Made by a program: the position numbers and the translations under genes. 33,190 nucleotides of DNA from a virus (lineage: Duplodnaviria > Caudoviricetes): the IMG/VR virus record IMGVR_UViG_3300048577_000421, positions 1 to 33,190 of that record; one strand, 5' to 3'. The number at the start of each line of letters is the position of its first letter. Position 1 is the stretch's first letter. Below, in pieces: positions 16,654 to 23,702 of the stretch. The notes below the pieces were generated by a model. That model was not told the origin of the DNA. It did not search any database and worked only from the letters and a program-made list of their open reading frames with translations.

Positions 16654-18218
16654 TAGAGGTGGATATCGACAAGCGCTTCCAGCGCCTGCTGGGTAACTAC
16701 GAGGTGCACTGCCGCCGCATTGCCAAGGCGGCCAGCATCAACATCAACGAGTCGCCAGCCGACAAGCTAAAGCGCATCGCGGAGCTGGAGCAGGACTACA
16801 TCCGCTGGTTCGAGTACTACTTCCCAACCTACGCCAAGAGCCCGTGCGCCCCCTTTCATCGCGATTTGGCGGAGGCCGTAATCGGTCATAGCGAATTCTA
16901 CCTGCTGGCGGAAATTTACCGTTCCGGGGCGAAGTCCGTCCACATCGACATGGGGCTGCCGCTTTACCTGATGTTTACGGGCAGAATGAAGTTCTTCCTG
17001 CTGATAGGCGAAACGGAAAAGAAGGCGCAGAAGCTGCTATCCGCCTGTCAGGCGCAGCTGCAGTTCAACAAGCGGCTCATCAACGACTACGGTGAGCAGT
17101 ACAAGCACGGCGACTGGTCTTCAGGTGAGTTCCTGACCGCCTCCGGCGTGCGCTTCATGTCTTTGGGTTTCGGCCAAAATCCGCGCGGGGTACGCGAGGA
17201 GGATCGCCGCCCCGACTACATCGCCGTGGACGATGTGGACAACAAGCGCCACGTCAACAACGACCGCCTGATGCGCGAGGGGGTGGAGTACATCTTCGAG
17301 GAGCTCTTCGGCTGCTTCGACGAGTCCGACGGCTCCACCAAGCGCTTCGTATACGCCAACAACAACTTTCATAAAAATAGCATTACCAACCGCCTGAAGA
17401 CGCAGTTCAAGGTGCTGTCCAACAAGGCGAGGGCGGATAACGCTCCCGTGCTCTACAAGGTGCTAACGGTAAGGGCGGTGAAGGACCTAAACACCTTCGA
17501 GCCGTCATGGCCGGGGAAGACCAGCGCCGAGTACTGGCGCAGCAAGTTCCGCAATACGCCCTACCGCTCCTTCATGCGCGAGTACATGCACATGCACATC
17601 GAGGATGGCGCCGTATTCCGATTTGAGGACATGCAGTGGAAGCAGATGCTGCCGCTCAAGGAGTACGACGCGCTCTGCTTCTACGGCGACCTCTCCTACA
17701 AGCAGGCGGCCTGCCACAAGGGGATGATCCTGATAGGCAAGAAGGGGCGTGAGTTTCACTTCATCCACACCTTCCTGCGGCAGGCGTCGCGGATTACGCT
17801 CGTCAGGTGGCTCTACGACCTCTACGAGGAGCGGCTGGAGAAGGAGAAGCGGATACGGTACTGGATTGAGGGGCTATTCGCGATGGACGACTTCGTGAAC
17901 GACTTCGACTCCGAAGGCGACGAGCGGGGCTACTACATCCCCGTAAAGGCGGACAAGCGTCCAAAGGATGACAAGTACGACCGCATCGAGGCCACGCAGT
18001 CCTTTTTCGAGCGGCGCAACGTCTTCTTCAACGTAGAGGAGAAGGAAACGGCCGATCAGGTCGAGCTCATCGACCAGTACCTCGCCTTCGAGAAGGGCAG
18101 CGGCTCTCCGGTGGATGGCCCCGATGCCGCCGAGGGTGCCATTAGCAAGCTCAACACCGTAACCCGAAAGGCAAAAGGAGGCTACCGGGTAGGAAAGCGA
18201 CAGAATCAGAAGTACTAA
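16650..18218 (+). CDS. terL: Terminase large subunit
   Basis: Walker A-like YRSGAKS, Walker B YIAVDD, nuclease motifs YGDLS and DGPDAAEG. Confidence 0.9.
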   Translation: MIEVDIDKRFQRLLGNYEVHCRRIAKAASININESPADKLKRIAELEQDYIRWFEYYFPTYAKSPCAPFHRDLAEAVIGHSEFYLLAEIYRSGAKSVHIDMGLPLYLMFTGRMKFFLLIGETEKKAQKLLSACQAQLQFNKRLINDYGEQYKHGDWSSGEFLTASGVRFMSLGFGQNPRGVREEDRRPDYIAVDDVDNKRHVNNDRLMREGVEYIFEELFGCFDESDGSTKRFVYANNNFHKNSITNRLKTQFKVLSNKARADNAPVLYKVLTVRAVKDLNTFEPSWPGKTSAEYWRSKFRNTPYRSFMREYMHMHIEDGAVFRFEDMQWKQMLPLKEYDALCFYGDLSYKQAACHKGMILIGKKGREFHFIHTFLRQASRITLVRWLYDLYEERLEKEKRIRYWIEGLFAMDDFVNDFDSEGDERGYYIPVKADKRPKDDKYDRIEATQSFFERRNVFFNVEEKETADQVELIDQYLAFEKGSGSPVDGPDAAEGAISKLNTVTRKAKGGYRVGKRQNQKY

Positions 18219-18235
18219 CCCATATATATAAAGGT

Positions 18236-18646
18236 ATGAGAAAAATTTCGCACATCGTGGTGCACTGCAGCGCCACCGCACAGAACGCATCGGTAGCCGC
18301 CATACAGCGCTACTGGAAGGAGAACCTCGGATGGAAAAGCCCCGGCTACCACTACATCATCGAGGCCAGCGGGAATATTGTTAAGCTGCTGGACGAGGGC
18401 AAGCCCTCCAACGGCGTAGCCGGACACAACGCCACGCTGATCAACGTCTGCTACATCGGAGGTATTGACGCTGCCGGAAAGCCGAAGGATACGAGAACCG
18501 AGAAGCAGAAGGCCTCGCTGCTGTTTTTGCTGGAGCAGCTCAAGGATCGCTACCCGTCGGCGGTTATCTGCGGCCATCACGATTTTCCTGGCGTGAAAAA
18601 GGCCTGCCCGTCGTTCGATGCCAAGGCGGAGTATAAAAACGTCTAG
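18236..18646 (+). CDS. N-acetylmuramoyl-L-alanine amidase endolysin (Amidase_2, T7 lysozyme-like)
   Basis: IVVHCSAT, GYHY, VCYIGG and GHHDF...KACPSF Zn-amidase motifs. Confidence 0.92.
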   Translation: MRKISHIVVHCSATAQNASVAAIQRYWKENLGWKSPGYHYIIEASGNIVKLLDEGKPSNGVAGHNATLINVCYIGGIDAAGKPKDTRTEKQKASLLFLLEQLKDRYPSAVICGHHDFPGVKKACPSFDAKAEYKNV

Positions 18647-18648
18647 CC

Positions 18649-19074
18649 ATGTTTATCGACAATCAGGAGCTCTACACCGCCATCTACGAGCAGACGCTGG
18701 GAGGGATTGTTACCGATGACGCGCAGGTACGGAAGGCCGTACTTGCCGCCATCAGCGAGGCCACCAGCTACCTAAACGGCAAGTACGACTGCACGGCCAT
18801 CTTTAACGCCACCGGGGATAACCGCCATCCGCTGGTGCTGGAGCACTGCAAAAGTATGGCCGTATGGTACATCCTACGCGTATCCAATGCCGGGGTGATC
18901 TATGAGAAGGCAAAGGACTACTACACGCTAGCTATTGGATGGTTTAAGGAGGTGGCAGGCGTAGGCGCATCGGGGAAGGAGCTGGCCGCCGACCTGCCGC
19001 TGAAGCAGGTCGACGGTGTGGTAAAGATGCCGCTGCGCGCGGGCAGCAACCCCAAGTTTAACCACAGCTTTTAA
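18649..19074 (+). CDS. Mu gp36-like head-tail adaptor (DUF1320-like)
   Basis: AISEATSYL..KYD...AVWY...Y..AI.W..EVA.G pattern. Confidence 0.75.
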   Translation: MFIDNQELYTAIYEQTLGGIVTDDAQVRKAVLAAISEATSYLNGKYDCTAIFNATGDNRHPLVLEHCKSMAVWYILRVSNAGVIYEKAKDYYTLAIGWFKEVAGVGASGKELAADLPLKQVDGVVKMPLRAGSNPKFNHSF

Positions 19075-19093
19075 AGGCTAAAACACCGTTTAA

Positions 19094-20353
19094 ATGAATA
19101 AAAAGCGCCATTTAAAAAGGCCTTCAGGGCAGGTGCAGCTGGCTGCTTCGGCAACCGAAAATACAAAAGCCCCCAAACGGGGCGATGGATACGCCCGCAA
19201 GCTGATCCCGAAGGCCATCTCCCGGGTTCGGGTCGATGTTGCCACCTGGCGAAAGGCGCAGCAAAGGGCCGACAGCGTGGATACGCCCCGCCGGGGGGCG
19301 CTCATTCGCCTCTACGAGGAGGTGGGTATAGATTCCATGATAGAGAGTCAAATGGGGCAGCGCATCGACAAGGTGCTGGCAGCGCCCTTCTCCATTAAGA
19401 ATGCCAAGGGCGAGGCTGACGAGGAGCTAACGGGAACGCTTAAGAACACGAAGCTGGTGGGGCAGCTTACCACCCGCATCATGGAGTCCATCTTTTACGG
19501 CCACTCGCTGGTGGAGCTCAACACGCCCGAGCACGACAGCGGATCGGAAGGCGTCGACGCGCTGTACCAGGTGGAGCTGCTGCCTAGGGGGAACGTCGTA
19601 CCCGAAAAGGGGATGCTGCTGCTGAAGGAGGACGACTCCTCCGGCATCATGTACCGTACGGCAAGGGAGTACGGCACCTTTATTCTGGAGTTTGGCGAGC
19701 AAAAGAGCTACGGCCTGCTAAATAAGGCGGTGCCGCACGCCCTCTTCAAGCGATTTGCCCAGTCCTGCTGGAGCGAGCTGTGCGAGATTTACGGCATACC
19801 GCCCCGCGTGATGAAGACGAACACCTCGGACACGGAGATGCTCGACCGTGCGGAGGCCATGATGCGCGACATGGGGTCGGCGGCCTACTTCATTATCGAC
19901 GAGACGGAGGAGTTTGAGTTCGCTCAAGGGGTAAGCACCAGCGGCGATGTTTACCATAACCTAATACAGCTTTGCAACAACGAAATGCAGATGCTCTTTA
20001 CAAGGGCAATTGTAGGGCAGGACACCAAGAACGGCAACAGGAGCAAGGAGGAGTCCAGCCAAAAAATTACGGATAACGTATTCCAAAGCGACAAGGTATT
20101 TACCCAGCAGGTATGGAATTCCATCGTTATTCCGGCGCTTGTTAGGTTGGGGATTCTACCTGCAGGGAGCACCTTTGCCTTCGAGGCCGAGGAGGACATC
20201 GAAAAGCTCTGGAGCATGACCAAGGATACCATGCCCTACATGGACGTAGACCCCGAGTGGCTTACCGAGAAGTTTGGCATCAAGGTGCTGGGCGTTAAGC
20301 AGCAGCCCGCCACGCTGTCGCTTGGGACGGGGGAATCCCGTTTTTTCGGCTAG
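19094..20353 (+). CDS. Portal protein (DUF935/Mu gp29-like)
   Basis: IFYGHSLVEL, W.ELCEIYGIP and CNNEM...IVGQ patterns; 419 aa. Confidence 0.88.
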   Translation: MNKKRHLKRPSGQVQLAASATENTKAPKRGDGYARKLIPKAISRVRVDVATWRKAQQRADSVDTPRRGALIRLYEEVGIDSMIESQMGQRIDKVLAAPFSIKNAKGEADEELTGTLKNTKLVGQLTTRIMESIFYGHSLVELNTPEHDSGSEGVDALYQVELLPRGNVVPEKGMLLLKEDDSSGIMYRTAREYGTFILEFGEQKSYGLLNKAVPHALFKRFAQSCWSELCEIYGIPPRVMKTNTSDTEMLDRAEAMMRDMGSAAYFIIDETEEFEFAQGVSTSGDVYHNLIQLCNNEMQMLFTRAIVGQDTKNGNRSKEESSQKITDNVFQSDKVFTQQVWNSIVIPALVRLGILPAGSTFAFEAEEDIEKLWSMTKDTMPYMDVDPEWLTEKFGIKVLGVKQQPATLSLGTGESRFFG

Positions 20354-20372
20354 GCCCCGCGCTAGCCGGGGC
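20341..20372 (+). promoter_or_regulatory. Candidate -1 programmed ribosomal frameshift signal joining portal to MuF
   Basis: T TTT TTC heptamer in the portal frame (20341-20347), 6-nt spacer, GCCCCG-N7-CGGGGC hairpin (20354-20372). The -1 frame is open into MuF. Confidence 0.7.
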
Positions 20373-20484
20373 GCTTAACCGTACGTACCAGCTGGCAGCT
20401 GATGGAGGTGCGGAGCCTTCAGGAGATGTAACTGAGGGCATTGTAGAGCAATACCTGAACAAAATCTACTCAGGTGCTTGGAGT

Positions 20485-21663
20485 ATGGAGCAGCTCATTC
20501 CAGAGCTGTACTTCCATACGGTTGGGGTGCTGCTTAAGGCCTACGAAGAGGGATACGAAAAGAAGTTCTTTAGCCCGGACTGGACGCTGAAGGATACCGA
20601 GCTGCTCGGACGCGTGCAGAATAACCTCTTTGCCTTCAGCGGCGCAAAATGCTACGCCCAAATGCTGGAGCTGCGCGATGCGGTATACGAGGATGGGCGA
20701 AGGCTACCCTTTAACGACTACCGCCGAAAGGCGCTAAAGGTTAACGCCCGCTACAACATCACCTACCTGGAGGTGGAGCGGCAGGCGGTAATAGCAGCCG
20801 GAACGGCAGGAAGCCGATGGGTGGACATTCAGGAGAGCAAGGACACGCACCCCTACCTGCTGCTGCTTACCGCAAACGATGAGGACGTGCGCGAGGAGCA
20901 CCGACGGATGGCAGGAATCCTACTTCCCGTTGATGACCCCTTCTGGCTGCAGTACTACCCGCCCAACGGTTGGAGATGCCGCTGCTACGTGCGTAAGCTC
21001 ACCCAGCGCCTGTACGAGGAGATGGCAAAGAAAAAAGGTATGCTTACCAGCTCCGATGAGGCCATGAAGGTTGGGGGGCATGCCGTAGATAAGGCCTGGC
21101 GCCACAACGTGGGCACCTCCGAAATTTTCGAGAAGGACGGCTCCGCCTACTTCAAGGCGAGCCCGGCAGCTGCCGAAAAGCAGCTATCCGCCGTGAAAAA
21201 CTACGGTATGAAACCAGCCAAGGTTATCTATGGCAACCCATCGCAGCTATCCGCCTACAAGGGTGATATTGCTACCGAGGATGCCTACCGCCGCTACTGG
21301 GCGAAGCTGGAGGAAAAGTACGGGACGGCTGGTGAAGGATTTTCGCTACTAGATAAGGGTAACGGGATACGGGCGACATTCGACGTTAAGCTCAAGGAGA
21401 AAATGGTGGAGCGTGGCCGCCATACCTACTTTGATGAGGTGCTGGAGGTGTTTACCAAGCCGGATGAGGTGTGGGCTATTTATAAGGGTAGCACAAAGGT
21501 AAAGTTCAGCTCCGAATTTTTTAACGTTTACCTGAAGTACTACGGCGATGTGCCAGCCGTGCTGCTGGTGAACTCCCAAGGCAGGGTGGACAGCTTCTAC
21601 AAGCTGGCATCCGTGCAGCAGGCCGAGGACTTTAGGCTAGGCCTACTCAAACAAAAAAGGTAG
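20485..21663 (+). CDS. MuF (SPP1 gp7-like) minor head protein with C-terminal PBECR2-like nuclease domain; frame open from 20299
   Basis: MuF motif DDPFW..YYPPNGWRCRC; C-terminal R..Y...PDEVW...YLKYY...SFY...R.GLL pattern. Confidence 0.85.
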   Translation: MEQLIPELYFHTVGVLLKAYEEGYEKKFFSPDWTLKDTELLGRVQNNLFAFSGAKCYAQMLELRDAVYEDGRRLPFNDYRRKALKVNARYNITYLEVERQAVIAAGTAGSRWVDIQESKDTHPYLLLLTANDEDVREEHRRMAGILLPVDDPFWLQYYPPNGWRCRCYVRKLTQRLYEEMAKKKGMLTSSDEAMKVGGHAVDKAWRHNVGTSEIFEKDGSAYFKASPAAAEKQLSAVKNYGMKPAKVIYGNPSQLSAYKGDIATEDAYRRYWAKLEEKYGTAGEGFSLLDKGNGIRATFDVKLKEKMVERGRHTYFDEVLEVFTKPDEVWAIYKGSTKVKFSSEFFNVYLKYYGDVPAVLLVNSQGRVDSFYKLASVQQAEDFRLGLLKQKR

Positions 21664-21728
21664 AAAAGCCTTACGTTGCTCACCTTCCCGGGTCAGGGGC
21701 TGCGTGTTTCCGGCTTTTCTACCTCTAT
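21652..21728 (-). ncRNA. Candidate structured small RNA convergent with MuF-nuclease (ends approximate)
   Basis: 13-bp perfect closing stem (21658-21670 with 21712-21724), internal pairings, own promoter upstream and U6 tract after the stem on the minus strand only. Confidence 0.55.
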
Positions 21729-21732
21729 ACCG

Positions 21733-21764
21733 CAATACTACAACTTTTTTCATAAAAAAGCAAA
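21733..21764 (-). promoter_or_regulatory. Bacteroidota sigma-A-type promoter TTTG-N20-TAGTATTG
   Basis: -33 TTTG at 21764-21761, 20-nt spacer, -7 TAGTATTG at 21740-21733 (one mismatch to TAnnTTTG). Confidence 0.65.
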
Positions 21765-21767
21765 AAA

Positions 21768-22283
21768 ATGAGAGATGCCCGGCTACTTGCCGCCGATCTG
21801 GCCAAAAGGCAGGCGGAGGTAAAAAGATTCCTGGCTAAAGATTTTCCGAAGTTCGTTGCCGGAGCGGCCGAACGGATAAAGGATGCCAGCTTCAGCGCCC
21901 AAGGCTTCGTTGTCAACGGTTCCCCCCGTCCTCGGTGGGCTAAGCGTAGCCGGGAGACGAGCCGAAGCCAGGGTAAAAGGATACTGCATGCAACCGGAAT
22001 ACTGCAGAGCAGCGTGAAGGCTCAGGTGCAGGGCGTAAACGTGGCCATTGGGGTTGATGTGGGGCTGGTACCCTACGCAAGGGTGCTGGGTGAAGGGGGG
22101 CGCATTCAGCAGTACGTAAAGCCCCACCACCGGAAGAACCCTCGGGGAGGTAAGCGGATACAGGTGCGCGGGTTCTCCCGCAGGCTAACCTACCCGGCTA
22201 GGCCGTACATCGGCTATTCACCCGACATCTTTAGGTCGGCAGAGCGCGATGCAAAACCAATATTTGATAAAATTTTTAGGTAA
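21768..22283 (+). CDS. Phage virion morphogenesis protein (Mu gpG-like)
   Basis: F..QGF...WAKR...IL.ATG.L..S...PYA....GG...PARPYIG pattern. Confidence 0.8.
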   Translation: MRDARLLAADLAKRQAEVKRFLAKDFPKFVAGAAERIKDASFSAQGFVVNGSPRPRWAKRSRETSRSQGKRILHATGILQSSVKAQVQGVNVAIGVDVGLVPYARVLGEGGRIQQYVKPHHRKNPRGGKRIQVRGFSRRLTYPARPYIGYSPDIFRSAERDAKPIFDKIFR

Positions 22284-22762
22284 TGGACGTACTTACTACG
22301 GTTGTGGCCGATGCCATAGCCCGGCTGAAGCTGATGGGCGAGTTTAGAAGCGTTGACGAGAACTGGGGGCAGCTGACCTTTGAGCAGCCCCCGGTGGCCT
22401 GGCCGTGCGCGCTGGTGGACGTGGAGGAGATTACCTACACCAGCCCCAGCCGGGGCAGCCAGCGTGGTGAGGGGTGTATAACCGTAACGGTTGCCGATAT
22501 GATGCTGACCGCTTTGCCGAACCATGCCACGCAGGTAAAGCGAACGCCGCCGCTGGTGCTGCTCGATCGGGTGGCCAAGCGCCTAAACGGACAGTCATCG
22601 GGCAGCTACAGCCCGATGGTAAGGGCAAAGCTGAAGAAGCTGCCGCAGGTGGACGCCGTGCGCATCTACGAGCTAACCTTCCGCTTTGCCTTTACCGAGG
22701 ATATGACTCCGCCGCTAACGCCCGTAAAGGCAGCCGCTGATATTACGGTTGAGATAAAGTAG
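22283..22762 (+). CDS. Tail terminator/completion-like protein
   Basis: VDENWGQL...PPV.WPCALVD pattern; last gene of the packaging operon. Confidence 0.6.
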   Translation: MDVLTTVVADAIARLKLMGEFRSVDENWGQLTFEQPPVAWPCALVDVEEITYTSPSRGSQRGEGCITVTVADMMLTALPNHATQVKRTPPLVLLDRVAKRLNGQSSGSYSPMVRAKLKKLPQVDAVRIYELTFRFAFTEDMTPPLTPVKAAADITVEIK

Positions 22763-22793
22763 CAAGGGCACCCTTTTGGGGTGCCCTTGCTAC
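22759..22793. terminator. Long hairpin between convergent operons
   Basis: 15-bp perfect inverted repeat GTAGCAAGGGCACCC-TTTTG-GGGTGCCCTTGCTAC at the junction of the two stop codons; no U tract. Confidence 0.7.
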
Positions 22794-23006
22794 CTAGAAC
22801 AGCCGAAGCTGGCCATTCTGGGGGGTCGGTGGCTCTACCTTGAGGTACGTAAGGTACGTTCGGTAGCACATGCCGTACGTCGGATAAATATGCTTTCGCC
22901 ATACCGCCTTGCGGCTTTTGGCGTGGCTCTCGGGCTCAAAGTGCTCATCGGTGATCGACTGTATCACGCGCGCCCGCTGGTTATATCCCTTCTTGTTGTA
23001 AGCCAT
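22794..23006 (-). CDS. Small basic protein; candidate late transcription regulator
   Basis: 70 aa with HTH-like KAVWRKHIYPTYGMCYRTYLTYL; separately promoted, at the early/late boundary. Confidence 0.6.
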   Translation of the reverse strand: MAYNKKGYNQRARVIQSITDEHFEPESHAKSRKAVWRKHIYPTYGMCYRTYLTYLKVEPPTPQNGQLRLF

Positions 23007-23044
23007 TTTTAACAGTAATACGGGTTGGTATGGGGGTTACAACA

Positions 23045-23052
23045 CAAATATA
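23045..23052 (-). promoter_or_regulatory. -7 promoter element TATATTTG for the 70-aa gene
   Basis: Exact TAnnTTTG match 38 nt upstream of ATG 23006; no correctly spaced -33 TTTG. Confidence 0.55.
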
Positions 23053-23079
23053 ACACTTTAAAAAATATCGATTTTTTAC

Positions 23080-23118
23080 AAAAAAAGCCCCGCTAGATTA
23101 ATTTCTAACGGAGCTTTT
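23080..23118 (-). terminator. Intrinsic terminator ending the early operon
   Basis: Minus strand GCUCCGUUAGA-AAUUAA-UCUAGCGGGGC followed by U7. The two GU pairs form only on the minus strand. Confidence 0.8.
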
Positions 23119-23142
23119 CAAAATTTTGGTTCTGAATTACAC

Positions 23143-23247
23143 CTACATGCATCCTGTGCATGTAGAATTTCGTAGATCGCAGTCTTGGCAGCTATAGCCT
23201 GTTGCCGCATTCCTTTGTTTTAGGTTTAAATGCCGTTTAAATATCAT
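23143..23247 (-). CDS. 34-aa CxxC-x6-CxxC micro-protein (not in ORF track)
   Basis: MIFKRHLNLKQRNAATGYSCQDCDLRNSTCTGCM*; AAGGAGG 7 nt upstream of the ATG. Confidence 0.5.
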   Translation of the reverse strand: MIFKRHLNLKQRNAATGYSCQDCDLRNSTCTGCM

Positions 23248-23261
23248 GTAAAAGCCTCCTT

Positions 23262-23690
23262 TTACTTAATTTTACTCCATTCGGTCTCCCATCCGTACCG
23301 CTTTAGCCAGTTCTCCGGATCCATCTTTGCCCGACTATGCAGCTGTACAAAGAAATCGTACTGCTTTATAGCCATTATGCACTTCACCTTTTCGCTTTCA
23401 TCCAGCTTATCGTAAAGCGGCTCGCAGCGCTTGCGGTTGATCTTCCGGTTATACCGCTCCCAAAACGAGGCAAAGGTTATGTCGATGGGAACATCCTTTA
23501 TTCGGAGCGTTTTCGTGTTTTCTATTAGCCATGACAGAACTCCAGTTGTTAGCGGAAAGTATTTAAAAAACCACTTAATCATTTCGGTGTCGAGCTTGGC
23601 CCTGTTTTCAAACTTCTCCAGTACGCCATTCTCGTTGTACTTGAGCTCTATCTCTCCATCAAATTTTGACGATACTAGCAGTATATGCAT
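23262..23690 (-). CDS. Hypothetical phage protein
   Basis: Co-oriented ORF; C-terminal FASFWERY..K...PENWL...W helical motif. Confidence 0.7.
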   Translation of the reverse strand: MHILLVSSKFDGEIELKYNENGVLEKFENRAKLDTEMIKWFFKYFPLTTGVLSWLIENTKTLRIKDVPIDITFASFWERYNRKINRKRCEPLYDKLDESEKVKCIMAIKQYDFFVQLHSRAKMDPENWLKRYGWETEWSKIK

Positions 23691-23702
23691 TGGGCAAAAT
23701 AT

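Noticed and set aside
21658-21724. Plain plus-strand terminator after MuF
   Set aside because: 41-nt structured loop, no plus-strand U tract and co-oriented structural genes follow. A plus-strand processing role is not excluded.
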